DNA from: a virus | Lineage: Duplodnaviria; Heunggongvirae; Uroviricota; Caudoviricetes | IMG/VR virus record: IMGVR_UViG_2734482538_000012 | DNA: 49,248 nt | Strand: one strand, 5' to 3' | Shown: positions 21,266 through 30,638 of the stretch, piece after piece | Numbering within the stretch: position 1 is the first letter of the stretch | Layout of the letters: each line of letters begins with the position of its first letter | The notes under the pieces: model-generated | Database searches by the model: none | What the model saw: only the letters and a program-made list of their open reading frames with translations | What the model was told of the DNA's origin: nothing | Position numbers and translations under genes: made by a program

Positions 21266-22652
21266 TGATTTCCATCAGCATTACACTCTGATTTTTTAAT
21301 TCATCGATCACTTCCTCTGGACGGGAATCCTGATCGATAAATTTCAACGCCTGCAACACCCGAACCGCATCAATCTGACGTATATCACCGCCCTGACGCA
21401 ATGACTGAACAGCCAGCGCGGAGGATGAGTCAAACACCTGGGCAGATACATCCAGTTCAGTGCGCACATCCACATTGCCACCGCAACTCTCTCCGATCCA
21501 TTCCGCCATTATCTGGAGAATATTATCGAGGGCATCTTCGAGGGAGTTCGCCATTGTATAAAGCGGCGAGTTTTCCTGCATTCGCTCTTCATTAGTCTGA
21601 TCAACAGATTTGGTGGATGTATTTTCAGCACGCAGAAGTTTAGCGCCGGCATGACGCATCTGATTTTCCAGCTTCTCAAGTGATGTTTCGCCAGATTCTA
21701 TCGCTGCGCCACTATGTTCAACATATTCGAGGCCATTTTTTGTTCTGTCCTCAAAAATCGTAGCGGTGGATGCACCAACCGTCAGTTCTTCATTCCTGTC
21801 CAGCCCGTAGGCCACCAGCAATGGAACGCGGGCAACATGAAGAATATTGTCCTGCTCGCTCTGGCTTTGCCAGTGCTTGATATTCAGCAAGCCAAGATTA
21901 AGCAATGGCGGTGTACCACGCATAAATCCTGTTTTCTTCGTGTACAGTGTTACCAGAGGAATATCATCACGGCTGGTATTCCATGACTCATGAAGCGTCC
22001 AGACAGATTCGCCATTAGTGCCTTCGCTACGTCGATAAATTTCAACTCGACGGGGCATAATATGGCGGATCTGCTCCACCTTCTTCTGCCCGAAATCATC
22101 ACCATCAATAATGATGACCTCTTTTATACGCAAATCAGTGAGAACAACTTTCCCTTTTTCAACTTTCGATTTCCATCCAATAACCTGGCGTGGATTCAGC
22201 ATCGTAACGTACGGACGACCACCGGTCGCGTTTTCATCGGCTTTTGTCCGAATCTCTTTCATATCCGTTCGTGGATAGTCCACCAGCGCATGTGCCACAC
22301 CATACTGAAATGCGAGGCTGAAAAATTGCTGCGCCCACACATCCAGTCGGCTCCCCTCCATGTCGATATTTTCTGCATATTCCCTGATTTTTGCCGGCGT
22401 TTCCTCACTCAATACTGTCGGCTCTGCAAATATGCGCCCAATATTTTGCTTGATGCTTTCTTCATACACAGGAAGTAGCGTAGCCACAGACAGGCGTTTT
22501 TTATAAGCGTCTTCATCTTCGTTAGGCCATTTTGGGAGATAATTTTCCCCCTGCCTGCGCATTTCAAGCGTACCGCCCATCAGTGCGTCGTTAATATCCC
22601 ACGCCTCCAGCATATCGTTATAGTCGAGGTTGGGTGTTGATATATCAGCCAT
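21246..22652 (-). CDS. Portal protein
   Basis: 468 aa ORF immediately downstream of the large terminase gene and overlapping the head morphogenesis gene; size and order typical of portal proteins. Confidence 0.75.
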   Translation of the reverse strand: MADISTPNLDYNDMLEAWDINDALMGGTLEMRRQGENYLPKWPNEDEDAYKKRLSVATLLPVYEESIKQNIGRIFAEPTVLSEETPAKIREYAENIDMEGSRLDVWAQQFFSLAFQYGVAHALVDYPRTDMKEIRTKADENATGGRPYVTMLNPRQVIGWKSKVEKGKVVLTDLRIKEVIIIDGDDFGQKKVEQIRHIMPRRVEIYRRSEGTNGESVWTLHESWNTSRDDIPLVTLYTKKTGFMRGTPPLLNLGLLNIKHWQSQSEQDNILHVARVPLLVAYGLDRNEELTVGASTATIFEDRTKNGLEYVEHSGAAIESGETSLEKLENQMRHAGAKLLRAENTSTKSVDQTNEERMQENSPLYTMANSLEDALDNILQIMAEWIGESCGGNVDVRTELDVSAQVFDSSSALAVQSLRQGGDIRQIDAVRVLQALKFIDQDSRPEEVIDELKNQSVMLMEINDANRE

Positions 22653-22654
22653 AA

Positions 22655-23965
22655 TTAAATCCGAAGTGATGTGACTCTTCCGGTCGGTTTGACAATAGGG
22701 AATTGCTTAACGATGAAATAACCTCCGGCATCATTCGGGTGATCATTGCCAGATTTTTTATCAGGCTCCCCCTTCTCATCCCAGACCTGTTGCTCCAGAG
22801 ATTCGGCATATAACGGGCAACGCTTCACATTAACTTTATAGCGACGCTCACCATTGGCATTGCAGAACATTGCATTCATTGAGTTAACGCGATCTTTTAC
22901 TGGCGGGTTCGAGCTGTTCACCACAACGTTAAAACCAGCCTGCTTAAGCTGGGCTATATCCGTCGTACTTGCGTTACTTGATTTTCTGGAATCCCCGGAA
23001 GCATCTGGATAAATATAAATTTCCCTCACTTTCCGGTAATCATTCCCATCATACAGCCAGAAGCGTTCTTTAATGATGCGGATCATATCCGGCGTATCGT
23101 AGGCATTGATGATTTCAGTTACCGCACATGGAAGCCCCAAACGCAGCACATGGACGATTCCCGCCATCTTTCCAACGTTAAAATCCATCCCAATATAAAT
23201 CGGCTCCCCTGGCTGCTCCACTTCTTCGCAATTATTCAGTTTCCGGTCAAACTGATGGTAAACAGTACCACTTGTCAGGTTAGTAAACTGTCCTCGAAGA
23301 TAGGCTTTAATCAGCTCTGGAGGGTATGATTCAAGAAGCGAAGGAATGTAATCTGCTGGCAGGTTCTTTTCATTATCGAAAGTAGATGCCTGCACCAGAC
23401 CATACAGTGAGGCCAGCTCTGTTTTTTCACGCACGGCTTTAACAAACTGCTCGTAGACAAATTTGAATCCTTCCGGCGTGGTTGTAACGTCAATACCGTT
23501 GCGAAGTCCATCAATCTTATAACGCATACGTGCAATTATCTTGCGCCACGCCGTTCTGGCTTTTTCCTTCGGCAAAATGTCCAGTTCATCCACCAACGCA
23601 TTACCAATTTTGAAACCGACGATCGTTTGTGGCTTCTCCATCGATCTGCAGATAGTGGTTCCCCGATACTGGCGTCCGTAATAAAAGTGAACCTCTTTAT
23701 TTCCCTCATTAATTTTTACGTTCAATCCCCAGTCAGCAGCAACTTCTTCCACTGTAGGGTAAAAAATATCGCGAATTTGGGGATACGTTGGCGCAAAATA
23801 TCCCTGATTTATACCTGGATGCTCCCAAATCCCCTTGCATATGCCGCCACACCCAACCCATGTTTTGCCCGAGCCAAAACCAGCAATATAGGCTTTAAAT
23901 TTATGGGGCATTGAAAGAAATCGCGCCTGAGGCACATTAAGCGTCGGAGAGATCATCTTCATCAC
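22655..23965 (-). CDS. Terminase large subunit
   Basis: 436 aa; Walker-A-like YIAGFGSGKTW near the N-terminus; acidic nuclease-type C-terminal half; followed by the portal gene. Confidence 0.85.
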   Translation of the reverse strand: MMKMISPTLNVPQARFLSMPHKFKAYIAGFGSGKTWVGCGGICKGIWEHPGINQGYFAPTYPQIRDIFYPTVEEVAADWGLNVKINEGNKEVHFYYGRQYRGTTICRSMEKPQTIVGFKIGNALVDELDILPKEKARTAWRKIIARMRYKIDGLRNGIDVTTTPEGFKFVYEQFVKAVREKTELASLYGLVQASTFDNEKNLPADYIPSLLESYPPELIKAYLRGQFTNLTSGTVYHQFDRKLNNCEEVEQPGEPIYIGMDFNVGKMAGIVHVLRLGLPCAVTEIINAYDTPDMIRIIKERFWLYDGNDYRKVREIYIYPDASGDSRKSSNASTTDIAQLKQAGFNVVVNSSNPPVKDRVNSMNAMFCNANGERRYKVNVKRCPLYAESLEQQVWDEKGEPDKKSGNDHPNDAGGYFIVKQFPIVKPTGRVTSLRI

Positions 23966-25031
23966 TCCTTACTCTGGCATCAACCACATTAATATTGATC
24001 GCCACAGGCTGGGGATGTTCATTATCTTCCACCGTTTCGATCTCTTTGCGCAGCTTCTGGTTTTCCATTCTGCGCCGTTCAATTTCCAGTTCCCGTAGCC
24101 GCTTATCTGCACATAAAGCCCCGCCAGCAGAAAACAAACGCAACAATTCACGCCGGGCGGCAGCCTTATCCTCCAGCAGGATCTCAACGCCGAATTTTCC
24201 GAATTTTGCCCCTGCATATAATTGCCGCGCATCCCCATCAAGCAGAGTGGTATCAGCCATATAAAGCTGTCCCGTTCCCTCACCGCAGCACTTCGGGCAG
24301 TCCGGATTGGGTATGGCGTTATCAACAAAGCCGAGGCCTCCATATTCCGGTTCGGGTTTGCCATCTCTGGAAGCCTGCGCCGCTGCCTTGTCGAATTCTG
24401 CTATATCGCGCCACTGGTAGAGATGATTCTCGCCCCAGCAATAACGGCAGTTAACACGGCGAAATTGTGCAAGCTGATTGGGGTCGGCCAGGACAATAGC
24501 CATCAACTGACTCACTAGTAAATCCAGGTCTGCGGTATAGCGTTTCTGGTACTGATTGCGGAAGTAGCTGATAGCGCGAAAAACCCTGGCATTTCTAAGC
24601 ATACGACTGGCGTTGCTGTTAGCTGTCGCACCTTGCCCCTCATAACCGGCTAGTCGGTACGCCTCTGTCGGCTTTTTACCCTGAGCAACAAGCATCGCAA
24701 ACTTAGCCTGCTGGTCAGAAATGCCGAATTCATCGGGACAGAACGAAAATTCCTCCGCGTCGCCCTCATTCAGGCCCGCATCGAATACTGGCTTTTTTTC
24801 CTGAGATTTTTCGTTCCGCTTTTGTGCAGTCTGCGCAGATTTTTTCTGCGCACTTTTTTGCGCAGTTTTGCACATTTCTGTCTGCGCATTTTTCGGAGTT
24901 TTTTTGATGTAACGACGGGCTGTTGCGTAATTCAGTCCCCTTGCTTCACACCATGCCACCGGAGATATACCGGAGCGGGTGTATTCAGCAATATACTCCT
25001 GCTGCAACGCCCCCCAGTCCGGTCTGCTCAT
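23937..25031 (-). CDS. Putative terminase small subunit / DNA-recognition protein (HTH plus Cys-rich region)
   Basis: 364 aa, immediately upstream of and overlapping the large terminase gene; N-terminal HTH-like segment (ISPVAWCEARGLNYATARRYI); CxxC...CxxC cluster (CRYCWGE...CPKCCGEG). Larger than a typical small subunit, so the function is tentative. Confidence 0.5.
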   Translation of the reverse strand: MSRPDWGALQQEYIAEYTRSGISPVAWCEARGLNYATARRYIKKTPKNAQTEMCKTAQKSAQKKSAQTAQKRNEKSQEKKPVFDAGLNEGDAEEFSFCPDEFGISDQQAKFAMLVAQGKKPTEAYRLAGYEGQGATANSNASRMLRNARVFRAISYFRNQYQKRYTADLDLLVSQLMAIVLADPNQLAQFRRVNCRYCWGENHLYQWRDIAEFDKAAAQASRDGKPEPEYGGLGFVDNAIPNPDCPKCCGEGTGQLYMADTTLLDGDARQLYAGAKFGKFGVEILLEDKAAARRELLRLFSAGGALCADKRLRELEIERRRMENQKLRKEIETVEDNEHPQPVAININVVDARVRSDEDDLSDA

Positions 25032-25034
25032 CAG

Positions 25035-25286
25035 TTAGTCCTGATTTTTATCCACCCTGAGTAGTTCGCGCAGAGCAAAGGCATCCCCTTTTCTGGCAAG
25101 CTTAAACAATGCCGCTCGTAACTCGGCTTCACCTTTCGCTCTGCCCTTACGGATGGCCGCATAAAAATCTGTCATTGCTTCCCGATTTTCTTTCAGTCGG
25201 TTCAGATCAACATCCAGAACGTCAGCGATTTGTTGTGCAGTCATCCGGCACGCTGCCAGAGACTCGACTTTCGAATACGGAATCAT
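25035..25286 (-). CDS. Small putative DNA-binding protein (83 aa)
   Basis: ORF upstream of the terminase genes; HTH-like segment MTAQQIADVLDVDLNRLKENR; overlaps the 3' end of the upstream gene. Confidence 0.35.
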   Translation of the reverse strand: MIPYSKVESLAACRMTAQQIADVLDVDLNRLKENREAMTDFYAAIRKGRAKGEAELRAALFKLARKGDAFALRELLRVDKNQD

Positions 25287-26172
25287 TTGTCACCCCCATT
25301 GATATGCAGGGTGTCTTCTTCCTGTATTTTTCGTGAAGGATTTTTACTGCAGCGTTGTTCCAGGTGACCTGATGGTGAATGCGTTTATGACTGGCACCCA
25401 TAAGTGAGATTTTTACGCACGACGGCGCATACATGACGGAGTAAAAACTTTTAACGTAGGTTCCGGAATCCAGATACAGCTCGGTCATTCCGCCGCTGTT
25501 TTTCTGCGTCTGTTTCTGCCCTAACTGGACAGCACCGATCGTCATAAACAATTCACCACAGCGACCGAGATTCGTGTACGTATTCACATCCTCGTTAATG
25601 CGCCCCATGAATGAGAACGGTCGATCAACCGAACAGATAAAGCTGTTCATTGCCTTGCGTTTCACCCACGAAGCATGGCCGCCATTGTCACCAAGAAAAT
25701 CCCCGCCCTGCGACATAGCGATGGAAAGAGCAGGTATTGATTCGTAGTACGCAAGCATTTCAGAAAGGATCTCATCCAGTTTCCTTATCGGGAAATAGGC
25801 CTGGTCATAGTTGCGATCCACCCGAAACTGGAACTCGTGATAATCATCATCGAGCTGAATGAAGTATTTACACCCGACCAGTTTTGCCTGGTCGAAACAG
25901 GCATTACGGGCGTAAAAAATTGAGCGGCGGTCACTAAAATTATCGGCTTCGTCAAAACGACTAGCAATATCGGCTTTGGAAAATACCAGCACCTGTTCAC
26001 CAAATTCAGCCATGTACTGATGCCGTGTCTTATCTTCATCATCAACAACGATAAAAATTTTCCCGGTATAGCCAGCACGACGCAACGTCCGGTAAGTCAG
26101 AACTTTGTCCGGTCGCCCGTGAGTCAGAATAAAGGCGCAAAAATCATCACGCATATTCCTCCTCCCCGCCAT
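25222..26172 (-). CDS. Hypothetical protein with a DxD-type motif (possible GT-A-like nucleotide-sugar transferase fold), partner of the ParB-like gene
   Basis: 316 aa ORF overlapping the stop of the upstream ParB-like gene; hydrophobic strand followed by acidic cluster (IFIVVDDEDK) and YFIQLDDDYHEF; function not established from sequence. Confidence 0.4.
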   Translation of the reverse strand: MAGRRNMRDDFCAFILTHGRPDKVLTYRTLRRAGYTGKIFIVVDDEDKTRHQYMAEFGEQVLVFSKADIASRFDEADNFSDRRSIFYARNACFDQAKLVGCKYFIQLDDDYHEFQFRVDRNYDQAYFPIRKLDEILSEMLAYYESIPALSIAMSQGGDFLGDNGGHASWVKRKAMNSFICSVDRPFSFMGRINEDVNTYTNLGRCGELFMTIGAVQLGQKQTQKNSGGMTELYLDSGTYVKSFYSVMYAPSCVKISLMGASHKRIHHQVTWNNAAVKILHEKYRKKTPCISMGVTNDSVFESRVSGSVPDDCTTNR

Positions 26173-26935
26173 GCATGATCTCCACCATGCGCTGCGTCAT
26201 TCGGACAAATCCATTTTCAATAGCCTGCTGATAATCAATGATCACCAGCGCCGACTCCTCGAAAAGGCACTGAATTTCAGCGGGGGCATGAGCGTAATAG
26301 TCCGCAATTCTGCTGAAATTAAACACCGTGTGACGTTCTGCTGCACACAGGAGGAATTTCTCAATATCAGGATCAAGGGACGCCGAACGTATCCGGCTGA
26401 TCAGCTCCTGAGTTTTCGTATCGTCGTACAGTTCACTGATATCCGGTTTACCGCCTGACGGCTCATAAACAGGCGTATCAATTTTCGTCGTATACGGCTC
26501 CTCCTCATTTCCTGTACCGGGCAAAACATCCGTCAACAGTTCATCAATTTCTGCCGGGATGAAGCCTGTCAGGGAGACATCAAAATCAGCATTGATTAGG
26601 TCCGACAGCTCCATCCGCAACAGATCTTCATCCCAGCCAGCATTCATCGGCAGGCGATTATCTGCCAGGCGGTACGCCTTTTTCTGCTCATCCGTCAGGC
26701 CAGACAGAACAATGACCGGAACAGAATCCATTTTGAGCATTTCAGCCGCCATAACACGACCGTGACCCGCAATAATTTCGCCCTTTTCGTCAATCAGCAC
26801 CGGATTAGTCCAGCCGAATTGCTTAATACTTTCTACCAGTTGTGCCACCTGCTCAGTACTGTGCGTCCTGGCGTTGTGCGCATACGGTGACAATTCTTGT
26901 AATGGGCGATAGACTATCTTTAATTTCTCGCTCAT
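26147..26935 (-). CDS. ParB-like nuclease domain protein
   Basis: 262 aa; N-terminal ParB/Srx-type motif (YAHNARTHSTEQVAQLVESIKQFGWTNPVLIDEKGEIIAGHGRVMAA). Confidence 0.75.
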   Translation of the reverse strand: MSEKLKIVYRPLQELSPYAHNARTHSTEQVAQLVESIKQFGWTNPVLIDEKGEIIAGHGRVMAAEMLKMDSVPVIVLSGLTDEQKKAYRLADNRLPMNAGWDEDLLRMELSDLINADFDVSLTGFIPAEIDELLTDVLPGTGNEEEPYTTKIDTPVYEPSGGKPDISELYDDTKTQELISRIRSASLDPDIEKFLLCAAERHTVFNFSRIADYYAHAPAEIQCLFEESALVIIDYQQAIENGFVRMTQRMVEIMHGGEEEYA

Positions 26936-27072
26936 ACAGCCTTGCTTTATGAATAAAACGCACCCCAGCAGCCAGTGCTACTGGGGGCGGAGGTGTTGCT
27001 GGTAAAGTTAGGTATTGGATCAATGAGTGAGTCAACATAATATTAAACTCACAATTATAAATCAGCCATATA

Positions 27073-28530
27073 TTAGGAGCGCCAAAAAAAACCTGAAAAC
27101 AATATAATAACAGGATAAATTTCAAGGCGACCAAGAATCATAGCTATGCACATTAAATATTTTGCAATGTCATTAAGCACTCCGAATGACGATGCAGTAG
27201 CCCCAAAACCTAATCCCATATTATTAATACATGCAGCCACTGTTGCAAATGATGTAAGAAAATCATATCCCATACCATTTAACACCAGTATAAAAAACAC
27301 CGTGAAGAGAGTATAAAGAAAAAAGAAACTCCATACAGACCTCATTACACGATCTGTAACTATCTTCCCTCCTACATTTACACTCAACAACGCTCTGGGA
27401 TGAGAAAGCTGATTTATCTCGTGTTTGCTTTGTTTGAAAAGTATAAGAAATCGAAGTGACTTAATTCCACCACAGGTTGAACCTATACATCCCCCAAAGA
27501 AACTTGACAACAGCAAAAACACTATCGTGTGCGTGGGCCAGTTTGCATAATCCTGCGTAGCTAAACCATTATCAGTGAGCATGGAGCTGGCAAGAAAAAA
27601 CGAATGAATAAAACTTCCATGCAAGTCATACATACCTATATGCCAGACCTGGAAAGAGGTAACAATGATCACCCCTAAGGCTATTAACAGAAAGAAACGA
27701 AGTTCAATATCTCTGATTAAAGGTTTTATCGTTTTTCTGCTAATAACAATATACCAAAGAGTGAAGTTGAAAGCCGATAGCAGGGAAAAAGAACCAGCCA
27801 CCAGCTCAACCAAATAGTTATTAAAATATCCGATACTCTCGCTATGAGTTGAGAAACCACCAAGCGAAACTGTGGAAATCCCGTGACAAATAGCATCAAA
27901 CAAAGGCATTCCTGCAAGTCTATAACAGACAATACAAGCAATACCTAATAAAGAATAAGTTATCCACAGTGTCCGTGACGTATCGGCCAGGCGGGGAGTG
28001 AGTTTGTCATCCTTAAATGGCCCCGGCATTTCTGACTGATAAAGCTTTGCACCACCAATACCCAATAATGGCAATACTGCAACCGCCAGAACAATAACTC
28101 CTAAACCACCTATAAAATTTAACTGTGACCGATAGTACAAATATGCCCGAGGTAATGAACTAACATCATCAATTACAGTTGCTCCTGTTGTTGTTATTCC
28201 AGAAACCCCTTCAAACAGAGCATCAATGAACGTTAAATTAAGTTCTGAGTCAATCCATAAAGGGAATGCACTAATAACAGAAAACAAAATCCAAAACATT
28301 ACAATTATAATAAACCCATCACGGGTACGTAATTGAATGCCAGATTTCTTAGTTGTATACCACGCTCCGCCACCAATGCAAAAAAATATAACGAAAGTTA
28401 TAAAGAAAACGAACAGGCTTTTTTCTTTATAAAACAATGCTACAACCATTGGTGGCAACATTGAAAGACTATAGAGCCAAACCAGGAACCCACACATATG
28501 AGTAACAACTCTTACATGAGATGTATTCAT
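27073..28530 (-). CDS. trkG: Trk-system potassium uptake protein TrkG (TrkH/KtrB family)
   Basis: Multi-pass membrane protein with repeated selectivity-filter-like glycine motifs (GITTTG, GLGVIV, SLGGFST, TCGGIKS); start MNTSHVRVVTHMCGFLVW at 28530 matches my recollection of K-12 Rac TrkG; markedly AT-rich relative to its flanks. Confidence 0.85.
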   Translation of the reverse strand: MNTSHVRVVTHMCGFLVWLYSLSMLPPMVVALFYKEKSLFVFFITFVIFFCIGGGAWYTTKKSGIQLRTRDGFIIIVMFWILFSVISAFPLWIDSELNLTFIDALFEGVSGITTTGATVIDDVSSLPRAYLYYRSQLNFIGGLGVIVLAVAVLPLLGIGGAKLYQSEMPGPFKDDKLTPRLADTSRTLWITYSLLGIACIVCYRLAGMPLFDAICHGISTVSLGGFSTHSESIGYFNNYLVELVAGSFSLLSAFNFTLWYIVISRKTIKPLIRDIELRFFLLIALGVIIVTSFQVWHIGMYDLHGSFIHSFFLASSMLTDNGLATQDYANWPTHTIVFLLLSSFFGGCIGSTCGGIKSLRFLILFKQSKHEINQLSHPRALLSVNVGGKIVTDRVMRSVWSFFFLYTLFTVFFILVLNGMGYDFLTSFATVAACINNMGLGFGATASSFGVLNDIAKYLMCIAMILGRLEIYPVIILFSGFFWRS

Positions 28531-28667
28531 ATCTAAATATTCTTTCAATTATAACCACCTTGCTGCAATATTATGATTATACTGTATAAAATTTAACTCC
28601 TCTTAGATCTTACTTCACTGTTCCTTATGAAACAATCATCAAAATGAATCATATTGTAGTTAAGATT

Positions 28668-29132
28668 TTACTTTAAACACTGCTCGGTTATGTATTGCTG
28701 AGCACCTTCAAGTTGGGCCTGCATCATTACCAGTCGTTCCCGGAGGGTGAAATAATCCCGTTCAGCGGTGTCTGCCAGTCGGGGGGAGGCTGCATTATCC
28801 ACGCCGGAGGCGGTGGTGGCTTCACGCACTGACTGACAGACTGCTTTGATGTGCAACCGACGACGACCAGCGGCAACATCATCACGCAGAGCATCATTTT
28901 CAGCTTTCGCATCAGCTAACTCCTTCGTGTATTTTGCATCGAGCGCAGCAACATCACGCTGACGCATCTGCATGTCAGTAATTGCCGCGTTCGCCAGCTT
29001 CAGTTCTCTGGCATTTTTGTCGCGCTGGGCTTTGTAGGTAATGGCGTTATCACGGTAATGATTAACAGCCCATGACAGGCAGACGATGATGCAGATAACC
29101 AGAGCGGAGATAATCGCGGTTACTCTGTTCAT
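28668..29132 (-). CDS. rzpR: Spanin, inner-membrane subunit (Rz)
   Basis: Track ORF 28668-29144; likely start [17 protein letters not shown] (N-terminal transmembrane segment) followed by a coiled-coil periplasmic region; directly downstream of the endolysin gene. Confidence 0.8.
   Translation of the reverse strand: MNRVTAIISALVICIIVCLSWAVNHYRDNAITYKAQRDKNARELKLANAAITDMQMRQRDVAALDAKYTKELADAKAENDALRDDVAAGRRRLHIKAVCQSVREATTASGVDNAASPRLADTAERDYFTLRERLVMMQAQLEGAQQYITEQCLK
28727..28912 (-). CDS. rzoR: Spanin, outer-membrane lipoprotein subunit (Rz1), embedded in Rz
   Basis: 61 aa ORF in the +1 frame entirely inside Rz; lipobox LVVVGC; proline-rich ([18 protein letters not shown]). Confidence 0.75.
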   Translation of the reverse strand: MRKLKMMLCVMMLPLVVVGCTSKQSVSQCVKPPPPPAWIMQPPPDWQTPLNGIISPSGNDW

Positions 29133-29626
29133 TGCTGACCCCACAAACAGATTTCACGCTCAATCTCACGACGAGTCATGAGACCTTTCCATTGCTTACC
29201 GCCAGCATATGTCCAGCGACGTAGCTGATCACATGCGCCTTTGATATCGCCCTGGTTTATTTTGCGAAGAAGCGTCGATGTTCTGAAATTGCCAGCGCCC
29301 ACGTTGTAAACGAATGAGTAAAGAGCGCCGCGCGTTGTTTCCGGTATATCGACTTTGATGTACGGGTTAATTTGTCTGGCGACAGTGGCAAGGTCTTTAT
29401 TCAAGAGTGTTTTGCATTCTGCTTTGGTATACGTTTTACCGAGCATGATGTCTTTTCCTGTATGCCCGTGACATACAGTCCATACACCAACAATATCTTT
29501 GTATGGTATGTAGCTGACACCTTCCAGACCATCGTTACCACTTGGGCCAGTGATTAACACTGATGCTATAGCAATTGCTCCGCCACCAATAGCAGCAGCA
29601 ACGACTTTTCGTAATGATGGAGGCAT
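29129..29626 (-). CDS. SAR endolysin (lysozyme, phage 21 R type)
   Basis: 165 aa; N-terminal Gly/Ala-rich signal-anchor-release segment ([16 protein letters not shown]); lysozyme core similar to phage 21 R as I recall it. Confidence 0.85.
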   Translation of the reverse strand: MPPSLRKVVAAAIGGGAIAIASVLITGPSGNDGLEGVSYIPYKDIVGVWTVCHGHTGKDIMLGKTYTKAECKTLLNKDLATVARQINPYIKVDIPETTRGALYSFVYNVGAGNFRTSTLLRKINQGDIKGACDQLRRWTYAGGKQWKGLMTRREIEREICLWGQQ

Positions 29627-29841
29627 TATTCACCTCTCGCAGCCTTGCGCTTATCTTCTTTAATCTTGAAATAAAGGTTTGTCAGGTACGTCAGCAGGCC
29701 AAATACCAGACTACCCAGCACACCGATTGCAGCCCACTGTGACGGAGTTACTCTATCGAGCAACTGTAAAAACCAGTAGCCAGCACTGCCTGCGGAGGTG
29801 CCGTAGGCAATGCCTGTTGAAATTTTGTCCATGGATTTCAT
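29626..29841 (-). CDS. Pinholin (phage 21 S type) with dual-start motif
   Basis: Track ORF 29626-29898; [31 protein letters not shown]...[15 protein letters not shown] matches the S21 pinholin as I recall it; Met1-Lys-Ser-Met4 dual start gives 71 and 68 aa products. Confidence 0.8.
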   Translation of the reverse strand: MKSMDKISTGIAYGTSAGSAGYWFLQLLDRVTPSQWAAIGVLGSLVFGLLTYLTNLYFKIKEDKRKAARGE

Positions 29842-30092
29842 AGCCTCACCTCCGCACGGAACGGATGGCATAGTTATTATGTGTAGGCTTTCAGACACAT
29901 CAATCAGAGCCTTAATTGATATATATGCTGGAGACGATGCAATATAAAAAGCTCGCCGTAGCGAGCTAATAAAATGTATTTCTCTGATATTATGTTTATT
30001 TGTATTAGCTCAGACTTGACATCACAGGTTTCGTATATAGAACATCATCAAATCTGTCAGTTTGCTATGAATGAGATATAGTAATTGAAGAG

Positions 30093-30488
30093 CTAACCTC
30101 GCATGTCAAAGCCAGATTTCTGAAAATCTCTGTAGACTTCCGGATTGTTGAAGGCCGGAAATTTGGCTTTATGAGCTGCGGACTTTATCGCTTCGCAATA
30201 GGCTTTATCACCGTTACTGGTAGATATTTTTAACGCCGTGCCATCCTGAGAGAATTCCATATGCAACCTGCATTTTTTCCCTTTCCAGTTATGCGGCTCA
30301 TCAAGTTTGGCATTAATTGCAGCTCTGATTCCCCGCGCTTGCGCCCCCCATTCATCCTGATCATCCCAGCGTCCTGAACTGCAACTACCTGTAGCAGTAG
30401 TTTTGTGGCAATCTGAAGGGTGTAAAGGTGTGCATCCCGCAACAAAACCGACCCAAAAAGTCAACATAACGATTTTCTTTAATCCCAC
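30093..30488 (-). CDS. Lipoprotein with TolA C-terminal (domain III)-like region
   Basis: 131 aa; signal peptide with lipobox (FVAGC); C-terminal ...KGKKCRLHMEFSQDGTALKISTSNGDKAYCEAIKSAAHKAKFPAFNNPEVYRDFQ is a paralogue of the adjacent gene and resembles TolA domain III. Confidence 0.6.
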   Translation of the reverse strand: MGLKKIVMLTFWVGFVAGCTPLHPSDCHKTTATGSCSSGRWDDQDEWGAQARGIRAAINAKLDEPHNWKGKKCRLHMEFSQDGTALKISTSNGDKAYCEAIKSAAHKAKFPAFNNPEVYRDFQKSGFDMRG

Positions 30489-30638
30489 TTCTTGCTCCTC
30501 AATCCATTAAAATCTCAGCAATAGTAGTTGTTACGTCCGCCACTGGCTCAGAGCTGACTATCCGCTAAATTTAGCTCAGTGCCGTAGCTGTGTCAGAACA
30601 AACCTAAGCCGAAACCGTTTATTACAAAACAATAAATA

